NCBI RefSeq assembly: GCF_009914755.1 | Contig: NC_060925.1 | Reading direction: 5' to 3' (one strand) | Length of the DNA stretch: 64,000 nt | DNA from: the human T2T-CHM13v2.0 reference genome, Homo sapiens | Shown here: positions 41,224-57,612 of the stretch, piece after piece | Layout: every line of letters starts with the position of its first letter | Numbering within the stretch: position 1 is the stretch's first letter | Program-made: the position numbers and the translations under genes | Notes under the pieces: generated by a model | Databases searched by the model: none | Told to the model about the DNA's origin: nothing | What the model saw: only the letters and a program-made list of their open reading frames with translations

Positions 41224-42384
41224 TAAATAAATATTTAAAGGTACTTCTTGGAAATGTTCTTCATATTTTTCATTGCACTTAGTCATAGCATTATGAATTT
41301 TTAACTTTTATTTATTCGTTCATACATACAGCAATATTTCTTTAGCACTATTAGGCACTGTGCTAGGAATTTGGAATAGGAGGTGAGACAAACAGGCATA
41401 CTTCGTGTTCTCAAAATATTTAGAGCTATGAGAAGGATGATATTGTCCAATGCTTTTTAAAGACAAATTTTAGAAGAGGACTCTTTAATCAAATACATTT
41501 ACATAAAATTTTAGATGAAACATAAATCAACACTGCTCAATTTGAAGACATGGAAGGAAGTAGAAACCTCACTATGATCAGAGCCTGGAAAATCATTAAT
41601 AACTTCATTTTATAGCAGGAGTTTATGCAGGACATGGATGAGTTGAATGATTCTTGGTTTCTGTAAAGGCAAGTACAAACATACTTGGCTTCAGGGAAGC
41701 TGGGTTTTCTAACATGAGTTCTTCACTGTGATGTACTAAATTTGCACACTCAGACACTGACTTTTTGAACTATTTGAAGTTATCTAGAGACTCGGCGATT
41801 GTGGTTTTTATTTAATGCAATTTGTTGTTAAGATCTTTATATTGCAAATTTCATTTGTGGGAATCTGTCAACTAATGCTTGTGAACCTGCTATTTTCTGT
41901 AATAATCACAAATTAATTGCTTGAGAGTTTGTATTTTTAGGGTATTTGTGTTTTCTGTAATCTCCTGGATCCTGAATAAGGGGTTTGTACATCCACACAT
42001 AACATTCTTACATTGTGGGAAAGTTACTGCTAGGTCTACAGAAGACAGGCAGCAATGACCCCAAACATCTTCCTGTGTCTGGTAGCAATGACTAAAATTA
42101 CTCCATGACCTTTATAGCAATTTAATTCTAAAACTTATTAAGAATTTCTCAAAAGGTCTTTGCTGTCTTACCACATTTTACTATTAAAATTATAGCTTTC
42201 ATGTGAGTTGAGAGATAACTTGTGTTCACATTTAATTTCTATCTATTTCTACCAAATTCTATAAAAAACAATTTATTCATTTTGATAATTTTATTGTTTA
42301 AAATTTTCTATTACGCAGTACTCTGTTATAAACTGATACAATAAAAATATGGAAAGAAAGCGTAAAAACAAGCTCAACAATCTC

Positions 42385-42840
42385 TGGTTTGGAAGAGATA
42401 ATATTCATGGAGTCTGATATCACCTCTATCTACATCACCTCTGCCTATTAACTATCTAGTTCTGAGTACTGAGACAGTCCTGGTGTCCTCACCATTGCCA
42501 AAAACCCTTGTTTAATATTTAGGCTATCAAAATGGTCAGGAAGTTCTTCCATATATTACTCTAAAATTTACCTCACTGTAACTATCCAAAATTGATGAGT
42601 TGGAGAGCCTACTTCCTCTTCCACATATCAATCCTTTAAATATTTGAAGACCAATTTTCTTCACCCTTGAGCCTCTTCTCTAGGCAAAAAATTTCTCAGT
42701 TCTTTTGATTTTAAATTTTGTAAAACCCTACCCCCACCCCAGTTTTGGAATGTTCAGTATCCTAATCACGACCCTTTGAATTGGATGTGTTAGGGTTTGC
42801 TGGCCTCTCTTAAAATGTGATACCTAAAAGACTAGTTCTT
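42385..42840 (-). mobile_element. L3/CR1 LINE
   Basis: aggaagttcttcc...tttaaatatttgaagacc...gcctcttctctaggc. Confidence 0.6.
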
Positions 42841-43212
42841 TTCCTAATTTAGCTTTTTGCCTTCCTACTTCTGATTCATATTGGCCTTCTCTGAACTTTC
42901 CAACACCTGTTTTTCTTTCATATAATTTCCTCTATTTTATTGAGAAACTCCTTTTCTTCTCTGATGAGATAGTAACCTGTTTTAATTTAAGACATAGGTT
43001 TCCTGCCTAATCAACTTTCCAGTACCGGAGCTACTTCTCTTGGTATAACACCAAGCCAAGAAATGAAATATAGAACTTCTGATTCCCCTTGGCAGCTCCC
43101 TGTTTAGCTATTGGGTCAACAAGAGCTCACCATACAATGGCTAGATTTTGACAGCTCTCTTAAGTTCTACCTTCCCTGGACCCTTCACTGCCTTTCAAGA
43201 ATCTAATAGGGA

Positions 43213-43500
43213 TTTTTTTGGTACTTAATAATTGTGCATATTTATGGGGCTTTGTGATATTTTGCTACATGCATAGAATGCATAATGATTAAATCAGGGT
43301 AATTAGCTTATTCATAACCTCAAGCATTGATCATTTCTTTGTGTTGGAAACATTTCAGATCTTCTCTTCCAGCTATTTTGAAATATACACTAAATTATTG
43401 TTAAGTAGAGTCTTCCTACTGTGCTATTGAACATGAACTTATTCTTTCTATCTAACTGTATTTTCGTACCCATTAGCCAACTTCTCCTCATCCTTCCCCT
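43213..43500 (-). mobile_element. L1MA 3' end
   Basis: catagaatgcataatgattaaatcagggtaatt...cttccagctattttgaaatatac. Confidence 0.85.
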
Positions 43501-43964
43501 ACAATAGTTTTCTTCTTCCAAAGAGTTTAGGTAATTAAATGGCAATTGCCAGCAAATTATCAGTTTCATCCAGTTATTTAAAAAGTCTGTTCTCTCTAGG
43601 ATGTCTGCCTTTTCACATACTGTTGGCTTTTCTGGAATGCATTTTTTGGGGGACTGTTCTCTTGGCCAACACCTTCTCCTGCAGATTTCAGTGTTCAAGT
43701 CTGTTGTCACATTGAACCCTCTTAAACTACAGGCCAATTTAACTATCTTTTTTTCTGTGCATAGATGTGTCATGGAACAATGTGAGAATTCTGTATTGTT
43801 ATTTCTGGCATGGTTGTCTATAACTCGTACTAGATATTTAGCTTTTGGAAATGCTAAAACTTGTCTATTCAATTTAAAATAATCTGTACAATGGCAGACT
43901 ACAGGCATTCAATGACTATCTGTTAAATTTATGTAGGAATAAAGTAATGAATAAATGACATCTT

Positions 43965-46040
<2,076 letters not shown>

Positions 46041-46147
46041 TATCTTAACATCAATATATTATTGTTTTTTGATGTCTAAAAATCCTCAGCTGATTTTCAA
46101 ATTTACTTAGTCATTCTGCAGTCTTATTGCTTGCTCCTGTTTTCAAG

Positions 46148-46249
46148 CTTGGCTTTATTTTATTTCTTATTCACTTATACACTAAGTCTGTATTTCTTCT
46201 TGGCTTTATTTTATTTCTTATTCACTTATACACTAAGTCTGTATTTCTT
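46148..46249. repeat. Perfect 51-bp tandem duplication
   Basis: cttggctttattttatttcttattcacttatacactaagtctgtatttctt x2, identical. Confidence 0.97.
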
Positions 46250-46439
46250 CGCCAATCCCACCTTTATCATGGGATTTCCTATCAGATGCTTCACCCTACA
46301 TTTTACTTCCTGTTCGTCCCTGCATTCCATGTAAGAATCAACACAGAATTTTGCAGAAACCAGAGCCAAACAAGTGGCCTCCCAAATGGCCTGTTCTTAT
46401 ATTGCTTTTGTCTTATTTGAATGTTTCTTTGCGTGCCAG

Positions 46440-46672
46440 ATATGTAACGAAGTATATGTATGTGTGTATATATACGTATATATACACAGATACTTATTAT
46501 ATATGTAGATATAGACATAGAAAATATCCAGATGTATTATATATACTATCTCCCTCTTTGTCTATGCATATGAATACATATACACATATGTATGTTATAT
46601 GTAATTAATATATATTGTTTATTATATATAGATGAATAGATTATATATACACAGATATACATACTTGTATAT
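46440..46672. repeat. Degenerate (TA)-rich simple repeat
   Basis: direct reading of the sequence. Confidence 0.8.
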
Positions 46673-47034
46673 AATTTTAATCTGCAATTATGATTATTTT
46701 AGTCAGAAGCATTCAGAATATCTGCCACACTATCACATACAGCAGTCTAACTTACATTTATGAAACGAACATGTTCATATATTATAATCTAAAAGGTTAA
46801 TAGTTACCAGCTAGATAACATTGACTAGTAGGCCATGAAATAAGAAGAAAGTTAGTTTAACTGCCATTAGCACTGTCTATCATTTTAAAGCCAGACAGGA
46901 CAAACTCTGAAATTTGACCTTCTCAAATATTTCTTTTCATAATACTTCATAAGAACAATGATTTGCATTTGCATACCAATCTCATTTGCATTTGCTACTT
47001 TGATACCCTTGCCTATTCTTTGTGGCAATTAAGT

Positions 47035-47160
47035 TAGCCCTATTTCTGTTTTAAAGATAAGACTTAGAGTCACTAAGTGACTTGCCCAAGGCCAGAGAGC
47101 AGAAGGTAGACCTCGGCCTGCATTCTTAGTACTTTAAATGAAGTGTCCTTTTCTCCAGCA
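47035..47160 (-). mobile_element. MIR fragment
   Basis: taagtgacttgcccaaggcca. Confidence 0.7.
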
Positions 47161-48249
47161 GTGCCTTGTCTCAGAACAGAAGAGATTTCAACTTCTCTGC
47201 CTACAGCTATATTTTCCTTTTTTTGTTATAAACAATTAGTTGCTATATATAGTAACCTTTCCACCAAATTACAAGAAAATATAACTGTACTATAAGTTTT
47301 AATTGGAAAGTGAGCTTGTAAAGTGTAAAATGTTTTCAGCCAGCCCAGCACCTAATGCAAGTGCTTTAATTTCCAACCCATCAACTCCTTTAACTGCATA
47401 TACAATATTGAGCTACCTTTTATTTTCTCACCACAGATCTGTACCCTGTGCAGCTTCAAAGAGGGCAGTTTGATCACCAGTCTATTAGATACATATGCAC
47501 ATCAAAAATAGACAAGAATTTCAGAAAAGAAAAAAAACACCTTCTTATAGTCCAAGGGCAAAGGTCATTCCACTCAGAGACAATATACTGTGCATATGTT
47601 ATTTATATGTCACCATTTTAACTGTTCTTCAATGAAAAACATCTTGTCACCATAGCAACTGCCACATTGTGTGCTGTGTTCAAGACTACTACATCATTGT
47701 ACTAGACGCACAGAAAGATACTCACATCCTTAAGTCATTTCAAAGTCCCTCACTTTAAGAAAGTTTAAAGAAAAAAAAATATGTGTTAGTTATCCCCCTT
47801 TTATTGTTTTGCTTTAGAAACACTTGGCTCTACATGCCTATATCTTTTCTTAAATTTTAACCAGTAAAGGGAACGTTGACAATTTATGTTTCACTATGCA
47901 TTAGAGAAACAGACAACTAAGCAATTTAATAGGAAAAGAATTATGATCTGACGGTTATGGCTGTATTGCATCTATTTGTTTTTACATTGAGAAGTTCATA
48001 TCCTGTCACAATAGTGACATCTCATTGAGCCATAATGTGCTGTTGAAAAAATATGTGTTTTCATTCTTCAATACAGAATTTAGACATGCACATCTATCTT
48101 CTGTCTAATCCTCATTTTGCAACAATTATCATCAAATCCCAATGATAAGATATATCTTTATCTGTAAAAACTATAGTGGAAGTGCATTGCCTATAAAATT
48201 CTATTTTGGTCAAGTGAGCCATATTTGCAGCTGTTAATAAGAAATTCTA

Positions 48250-48495
48250 TTAATAATAAGAACCAATAAGTGTGGTACATGCCAAACACTGTGCTAGTAC
48301 TTTATTCATTATCTATTTTAATCTTTAATTTAATGATGTTGATACTATTATTATGCCATGTTATAGATGGTAAAACTGATGTTCCCATAATTAAATAATT
48401 TCCCCAAGGTTTGATATGTAGCAAATGGCAGATCTGAGTTTCCTACTCATATCACTCTGGCATGGAAACACAGCTCTTTACTTTTGTGCTGTATT
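48250..48495 (-). mobile_element. MIR SINE
   Basis: catgccaaacactgtgctagtacttt...ttatagatggtaaaactga. Confidence 0.7.
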
Positions 48496-50863
48496 GAGTT
48501 CCTTGCTAGATAGACTGGTAAACCTTTTTGGGAAAAAAAAAACCTTTTTGTTTATCTAACACTTTACTAACAATTTCTTGTTTTAAATGTTCTGATTTTT
48601 AAGAGAAAAATCATGTGAAATCTCAGCAATGAAATGGCAAAATTAAGTGCTTATAATAAACTCATGCTCCAATCAGTTAAAATGTCCCTGATTCTAGTCC
48701 AGATATTCTCTTGCCATCCTAACAGTGTTTTCTTTAATTCTCTTCATTACTAATTTAAAAACCAAAGTAATCACAATAATAAGCTCATGCTAAATCTTAG
48801 TATTAATTATTAGGAAGTCTTGGACATAAAAATATTTTTGCTATTACTAAAACAATAACATTTCTGAGAAAAGGTAGAAATGAGTTCAGCCAACAAGTCA
48901 ATGTAATAGGACTCAAGGATCCCCCTTTACTACTTCAGCAGAGCTCAAGGGACCTCAAATCTGACATGACATTTTGGTTTAGAACATACGGTAAAACTGG
49001 ACTCAGAATCTCTAACAATGGAACATCTGCTTGCCTATGCTGTCTTCTACAAATTGCAATTGTAAACGCTACTAATTCACTTGATTACAAATATAGATAT
49101 AAGGAAATCAGAAAATGAGAAAGGCGAGATTCACTAGATCAAACCCACATGGTGTAAGCACATTGTGAACACAGAAAGACAGTTAAAACTTTGGAGCTGA
49201 AAATGATGAGCAGTACAAAGATAACATTCCATGTGTTTAAAGTCTTTTTGTTCAATACCTGTGTGACCCTAACAATCCATTAATTACATTATTTTGATTT
49301 AAAATTTAAAACCTTAGTTGAAACCCAAATGGTTGTCCAGTTTAAGTTAAAAATGACAGAAATTACATAAACAATAATAAAAGTAATTTTAAATAATTAC
49401 TATTTTTTGAGTTCTTACTTCATTTGGAATATTGTACTGTACTCATAACATAAACTATTCTCCGTGATAATCTTATCTTGCCTTGTAAGGTAGGCTGATA
49501 GGGGTAAGTAGATTTGCTCACAGTCACACAACAAGTAAGATTTCCAGCTGCAATGGAAATCAAGTACCAGGATTCCAATATCCCTTTCCTTTTTGGTAAA
49601 GACAAATTCTGGCCTAAGATTGATTACTTCTTCCATTCTTTCTTTTTAAATGTCCTGCTTTGGGGAAAAAAAAAAAAGCAAAAATGTTAATTCATGAATA
49701 TCTAAGAAATTTTCAAATACTTTAAAAAATCAGTTATATAATTCTTAACCTACCAAGAATAACTGAACCTATTTATTTCCAAAGTGTTGATCTTGCAGGG
49801 CCCATTAAATGACCCACAGATTTTACACATATAGATAACTAAAGTAATTATTCTAATAGTTCAATTGAAATGAGATGAATTTTTGTAGCATTCATTTTTT
49901 TCCAGAAGAATATATTCCTATGTGAATTATTTAAATTAATGCTTCTATATTGCTTTGCAAGTACAGACAACAAAAATTTCATTTTGAAAAATACCTATCA
50001 GTCTTAATAAAGAGTGGGTTAGCTTACATATTTAAAATACAATGTCTTTAAGTGAACTATGTTTGCAGAATAGGGGAAAATACATATTCAGAACTAGCCT
50101 CATCTCTTTGAGCACCTGGGCATGATAATGTGGCAAGGCCGTTGTCCTTACAACCACATTAGTTTACCTTTGGAAGGTGCTCTTAGGGACTAGTAGATAG
50201 AGGTATGCACACATGTACACTATGCTTGTATTTATATTTTTCTGAGAAAACAATTGAAATAATAGGTGTACTGCTAAATTGGCATATGGATTAAACATTT
50301 ATTTTATTAAATTTTAGCAAATATGTTAAAAAGTTTCCAATACAATGTGCTCAATGCCATAAAGGCATACATACTTTAGTTAACCCAAAAACTTTGTATA
50401 TATTTACCCTTTGGTATGATACTGCACTAAACATTTGAATAAATATTTAGAATTTATGGTCAGGTAAATAGAGGATAATGTTAAATATATGTATGTACAG
50501 TTTGTGAGAGTTTAGTAATGTAATTGTGTACCATTTTGGAGGTTAATGCATGTTAACTTTTCCAAAGACTATAATTAAGCAAAAGTTTCCTTCCATTCAC
50601 TGTTAAAACCTGTTAGTTGTTCCAAGAAGTCATTGATTGCCTGTTATTGAGGCAAGCATAAAAGGCTAGACAGATGGCTTAATGTCACAAAGTTGTTGGC
50701 TCATATAACTAAATTTTTATTACTAAGTTTCAGATGAAAAGAGAAAGAGCTGTGAATAATAAATATAAAGCAAAATCATGTATATTAGATCAAGCTATTC
50801 TCCAATATTAAAAATATGACACCAAAAGTTTTAAGTAAAAGTTTTACAAGGGTAGGGGAATGA

Positions 50864-51295
<432 letters not shown>

Positions 51296-54200
51296 ATGAT
51301 TATTTTGAGTAGTGAATTATTATGAAAAGTGCTTTTCAAGTTTGTTAGAAAACAATAGAAAATAATCACAATGAAATAAACTCGTTTTTAAGCTTAAGAT
51401 ATATTTTATATGAATTTATTGGTATTTTAAAATGGAATAATTACTGAAATTACAGCAAATTAAAATTGTTTTAAATTCTCTATATATTTATTTCCAAAAT
51501 GTTAATAAAACCTGCTATAAAGACGTATTTGTATCACTGCTATTATTTCCCTAGTAACAAGCTTTGCAAAGCACTTTTTATAGTAATCCAATGTTCAAAA
51601 TATTTCCATATATCCTTTAACATTGCTAATTGATAAGGAAGGTCAACAAATTCTTCAAGGTCATGCACAGCAGAACAGAAAAAAAGCATTCTTTCCTCTT
51701 CACATGCCCCTCTTTGTTTCCCTGTCCCTTTCCCGTCCCATCTCCTGTGCTACACAGGTATTGTAGTGTTTGAGGTAGAAGGATGAATAGCTTGGCTTGA
51801 CTATGTTACACAGAATCTTCTTTTCTCTAAATTAATTCACATTTTCCTAACCATTATCCGTGAATTATCCTTGCATATGCATAGAGAAGAATAAAATTAA
51901 AAGTAACGGCCAAGAAAAGAATGCCAGTATATGCATTTGCTTTTAGAAATTCTTAATTCTCTACCTCTGTTTTCCACAAGGAAACTGATTTAGTAAACAT
52001 AGTATGTTTTTTCTTTGATTTTGCATTACTTTGCAGTTTAAGACACTTTGATGTGTCTCCTGAAATTTTCCAATAATGTTAAACTTCTTATCCTAGGTTT
52101 AATATGTTCTAACATAATTTTCACAGGATCTGAGGGTGAATGTTTCTTTTTCTTTCTCTCTGCCTCTATTTTTAAGACCATCCTGCTTAGTTCTCATTGG
52201 AAAATATTTGACATCATCTTTTTTTTTCTTTTTTTTTGGTAAACACAGAACTTAATACAATCCTCAACCCTTGACCTTTTACCCTTGACTTCCTCCCAAA
52301 TTATCTTCCAGTTAAACATGTGAGTCAGACACAAGAAAGGGAAGCAGAATGAATGCATGGAAGAAAATAGTTTTCCTGGTAAGGAACAGGCATGTGAAAG
52401 CTTTCAGAACTTCCTTCCCAAACTTTATGCCTTTTTTTTTTTTTTTTGATGATGGGATGGCATGGGTAGTGGAAACAGATGCTATCAGCTCTTTTGGCTC
52501 AGAATAAAGTGAGCAAAGGCTAAGGGAGTCATGCTGTTTTGCAAACTGACATACACACTTATCTTTCCAAAATATTTCTAGGTGACAAAGCAAATTGACA
52601 GGCTTGATAGTTCTGTAGATGCTACCATTTCTTCAGTTAGGGGAGCATAGAAAATGGAGAATAGAAAACCAACTAGATTATCAGTTTACAGTTTGCAGAG
52701 CCAGGTATCTCTACCATGTGCTGCAGCTGCTTATTAAATTACATTTCTGTGAATTTAAAATCTGTATGCAAAACACTTGCATTTCCAAAGGGCCTTTGGA
52801 TGCTACTGCTGCCTCTGGTGGTATGAGTTTTCTGAAAAACCAGCACAAGAGGGAGGAAAATCCAAGTTCCCTTTTTCATTTTGTTCTTGATTATTTCTGT
52901 GTCCTTGAATGAATCATTGATAACTTCTTAGGCTTGCTTTCTCCATTCACAGGACTAGTAGATTATTGCACTATGACTCATGCTGCTTATCTCATAGAAG
53001 TGTGAGCTAAATGTTTGTGTATTATTTTACAACGGAGAATACTTAATTAATTAAGTTTCCTCTGTGGCTGATAAGACTTCCCGTTAAATATATAATAGAC
53101 ATGATTGGCTGATAGCTGTCATCTGTTTTATCAGTAACCTTGTAATAATAACAATTACAAGTTATTTGGTTTTCAAGGAGATGTTTCCAAACAAGACTAG
53201 CACAGACCCTAAGACAACAGGGTGTGATCCGCTGGAAGATGATGAGAAAATGAGAGACAATGTCCCTCAGGATACAAGCTCTGATACACTCCTTTCCATG
53301 CCCTTGGTTCACCAAGCCACATATGTCAGAATCAGAGCTGAGGGCCTTGTTTTCTTTATGAACTCTTACTTCTGCTTTTAGGGTCTATCTACTGCAATGC
53401 TCCTAGCGTTAACAAGCCCTGGACTTCTGGTGGTTTCACATACCACCCAAGGGAGAGGCTGCCTGGCTGGCTCTTGGCAAACTACTCTAAACAGGCCCTC
53501 AAAGTAAAGTGCTAAGATCTGCTAATTTGCCCTGAAACTCCTTTGACCTTCCAGGATATGTGTATAAAAACTAAATAGTACTTACAATAAATGCTACATT
53601 GTGAAGACAGGAGGTCGTGGCAACTGAGGGTGGGTGTCCAGGGAAGTCTTCACGAAAGTAAATAGAACTAAACTTGGGGTCTGAAGAAACAGTGGGATTT
53701 AAACCAGGGGCAACTGGCTGGCTCCTCCTGGGACCAAATAAGCTAAAAAGGCATGTGCTGTTGGTAAGGATTTTTGCTGTTGTTGTTGTTGTTGTTGTCA
53801 TTTTACTTGATTTTATTTTGAGCTGTGAGCATAAATGCTCAAAAAATCTGACTCTGTTTCTCCAATGTCCTGACACCTTACTGGCTTACAAGCTGCAATT
53901 TCACACTTTTGAGCTTGCTACTCCTGGCTTAGATAAATGGAGAGCAAGCAGCAGGGAGAGACACATCTGGAGCAAAGTCAGGGTGGCAGGAATGTCTGTG
54001 TTTCATTTGAGGAAAAAATTGGAGAAGAGCAGTAATGTTGGAAAGGAATTTTCAGTAAGTGGAGTTTAGGAAGCGTATTTGAAAAAGAGCTTCTTAGAAT
54101 GTTTACTCAGCTAAAAGATGTTGTCTACCTCAATGAAAATATAATCATATTTAATTTCCTGCTACAGTTTCAAGTTGGAAAAAATGTAAGGTAAGGTGCA

Positions 54201-57029
54201 TGGGATTTGAATATGAAAACACAATCCCGTCATCCTTGCCCAGCTCTTGCATTGCTCCACAAGACACTATTCATGCGCTATTCCAAACAAAGACTTTGTT
54301 ATCTGGAATGCAATACTTAGGGTGACTGGGGAGTTGTACAACAAGACAGACTGATCTGTGCTTTCAATTTTTTTAACTTTTTTTTTTTTCTTAAAATGCC
54401 TGTAGCAATGTTATATTCTTCTTGAATGGGAAGCAAGAAATAACCTGAATATTGCTAAATTAAACAGATCATCAACACGTAGGACAAAAAGACCTTTGTA
54501 ATCAGGCAAGGTCATCATAGTCACAAAGACATTCTTAGCGGTATATAGTTTTAAAATCATTTCATTGTGCTTCTCCAAGATACAATTGTGTATAATAGGG
54601 TATCACATTAAGCGAATTTAGATGGAAGTTTTCCACCGTAACTTTCCATTTTCAGACTGAAAAAAATTAAATTTATAGACGAAGCTCAATTTGGATTAAA
54701 ATTAGTCTCAAAGAAATTATTTAAGTTCACTTTTCTTATAATTTGTATTTAAAAATTTATTGTATTTTACGATTATTATTCATGAGTAAGCTTAAGCAAC
54801 TCACTAATAAAACTAATGGTATGCCACAAGATGCAATTAAAATTGCTCAGGTAAAATAAGATGACTATTAGAGGCTCCTTTAGAAGAATAGCAAGTGCCC
54901 AATAGTGAGAGTGGTTGTTGAGTACATGAAAAATTTAATTTGTCTAATTAGTGACCTGGGTTTGATAGGCAATTACTTTGGTTATGAGAGTCCTGTGGTT
55001 TCTATACTGTCCTTTTTAAAAGGAAAATAATGTGATATAAGGACTATTAAGAGAAAGTTCACTTAGAAAGCAAAGAAGAAAATATATAAGGATATCATTT
55101 TTCCTTTAATAGTGTGCCCTAGCTGAGACGTCTTTTTCCACCTGTATGCTGGAGGCAGTAGCCCTTCCAGCCAACCTTTCACCTCTCACATTTTCTATTC
55201 AAAGACTGTCAAGGCAGATGAAGTAAGTGCCATCATTATTGAATCACAAACCTTAGCACCTTATTCAAAATATTCAAGTGTTAATCAAAGTTCCAAGATT
55301 TGAAGAAAAAAAAAAAAGGCCAAGTTGTAAGAGTCAGAGAGATGCACCTCTACATGGAAACTCTCATTTTTCTCAGGTTGCTGAGAGTATGTTGAGGGAA
55401 GTTTTATGAAGCAAGTTACTCAATCGTGAAAATCAACAAGAACAGCAGTAGCAACAACAATGGCACAACAACATCAAAACTCATGGAATTTCCCATAAAG
55501 TTTGCATGCGTCTATCACAGCTTCTTGGACTACTCTTTCAAAGAGGCTGAAGCTCAGCACTGCAGGTACTTCTGGTCAGGTTAGCCTTCTTTTTCAGTCA
55601 ATTAGTTGAATAGTGGCAAAATAACTGGAGTTTTAAAAATCTGCTTAAATGCCCACTAATTAGGGTAATGCTTGTGGATATCCAGGCATGGGGGAGAACC
55701 CAACAGGTCTGAAAGAAGGAAAATATTATTCTACACTGACCGGAAGCTCATCATATGTTTGGAAAACAACAGGATTGTTTCCCTGAGGCAATCTATGGAA
55801 TCAACAGAAAGCAAGTGTCTTGCAGCACCTTAAGAATACAGAAAAGTGTTGAACATTTGGTTCTTTACATAGTATTCGTAAGCAGGAAATTCTGATAGAG
55901 AATTCATCTGTTTACCGTCACTATCTAGAAGGTTTTGTCAGTTATTACCAGTGTGCAAGAACATGTGAAAATTCTTTGGGTGGTGATCATGGAGAATTCT
56001 GGTGGATTCTTAATGAGAAACACTTGTAAATAGTGATGTCCATGTTTTAGAAAAATAATTTATCATAATGGAACACGTATACTACAACTGAAATGTATAC
56101 AGCATCATAGCGACTCCATCTAATATGAAATGGGTGGCTTTCTTAAACGCCACCATACAATATAAGAAAAAAAGATTTTTTTTCTTTTGGAGCACTTACG
56201 CTCACAACTCGCCATTTGCATTTACAAACTGGCCTCTTTCAGGCAGTCATAGATCTGGTTAGAGACTTCTGCCTTTGCACTTACCCAGCATATAGAAACA
56301 GGAATAAAACCTTTTGAATTCTACTTGGCTTCCCCCATACAGTTTCGCATATTTGGCCACACATTTGTGAAACACAAGAATTGTTCCAAAGAAGAAAAGC
56401 TTTTTTTTTTTTCTTTATGTGCAGAATTTGTTCCAACTTGTCTCTACACATCTGTATGTATTGTAGATGAATGCAGCTTCTTTCATGAAATCCCATAAGG
56501 TGTTTCTGCAATGAGCAACACTCATTTAACAAGTGCACTCTGCCATGCAGGCGGGACCTGCCAGGAGCAACAGCATGCCAGGAACGGAATTGTTGTTTAA
56601 TGAATATTTATTGATTATGAATATTCATTAAATTAACATCTTTATGGCCGGCCCCAGGCTTTGTAACTTATGTGGCAGTAAAGTGGTTAAGTAAAGTTTT
56701 CAAGCCAGCCTTGAAGACCTTTGAGGTTCAGATAACTATAAAAATTACCAAGACTGTTTTCTTCTGGAACAGAAATCAGCTCTGAAATATTGTGATGTGG
56801 TTACATTTGGCATCAAAGCCTTTGGTTTTTGGATCATGGTAAGAAGTGACCTGACCCTTTATCTCAGATTTTTTAGTACAATTTCCACAGCGGAGTGCTT
56901 TAGTCATTAGCTCTCTGTGTTTTTCATTTTCTCCTTCCTCGTGCTTACTCTATGAATCCTAAATATCATCATGTTTGGCGTGGATTACTGAACCAGCTTA
57001 CTTCTCTAGGTCTCTTTGAAGGTAAGCTT

Positions 57030-57612
57030 GCCATCCTTTAACCTATTTAGGAGTGCATAATCTTCCTGAAACACATTTTTGATCATGTAATTCCCCTGCT
57101 TAAAATCCATCAAAGATTTTCCATTGCCTTTAGGATCAAATCCAAGGTCCTCACATGGAATCTGCATCTTGCTATCTGTCTATTTATTTCTCACTCCTTC
57201 CTGCTCTGATTTTAGGTGCCAGCCATCGTGAAAAATTCCTCATGCTAACTCTTGCCTACAGGCCTTGGAACATGTCTTACTTTGGCCTAGGAACCTGCTC
57301 CCCTTACCCTAACTCTTTAATCTGGCTTGACTTCTACTCATCTTCTCAATATTGCCTTATGCCTCATTTCCCTTGGAATCCCTTTCTGGATCTCCGGTAT
57401 AGATGCCCCTTCTTTGTACTCTTATATTATCCAGATTTAGTCCTATTTTAGGACATACTGCTCTGCACTGAAATTCTCTCTTTAGTCTTCATAGCTCCTG
57501 TCTCCTTGAACTGTAGCTTGTCCATCAATGATACGCCAATATCCAGATCAGCGTCCAAACACATGACAGGTGCTTAATATATGACTACATTTTCTAAGAG
57601 AATTAATCAACA
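57030..57612 (+). mobile_element. L2 LINE 3' region
   Basis: tgatcatgtaattcccctgcttaaaa...ttccattgcctttaggatcaaatccaa. Confidence 0.75.

Noticed and set aside
43390-43908. Longest ORF (172 aa, -)
   Set aside because: Spans L2 and L1MA fragments, has no recognisable domain, and its C-terminus is translated L1 3' UTR
53166-54069. ORFs of 71-131 aa in unique DNA
   Set aside because: No recognisable homology, non-ATG starts, one includes a (GTT)n repeat, and no convincing flanking splice pair
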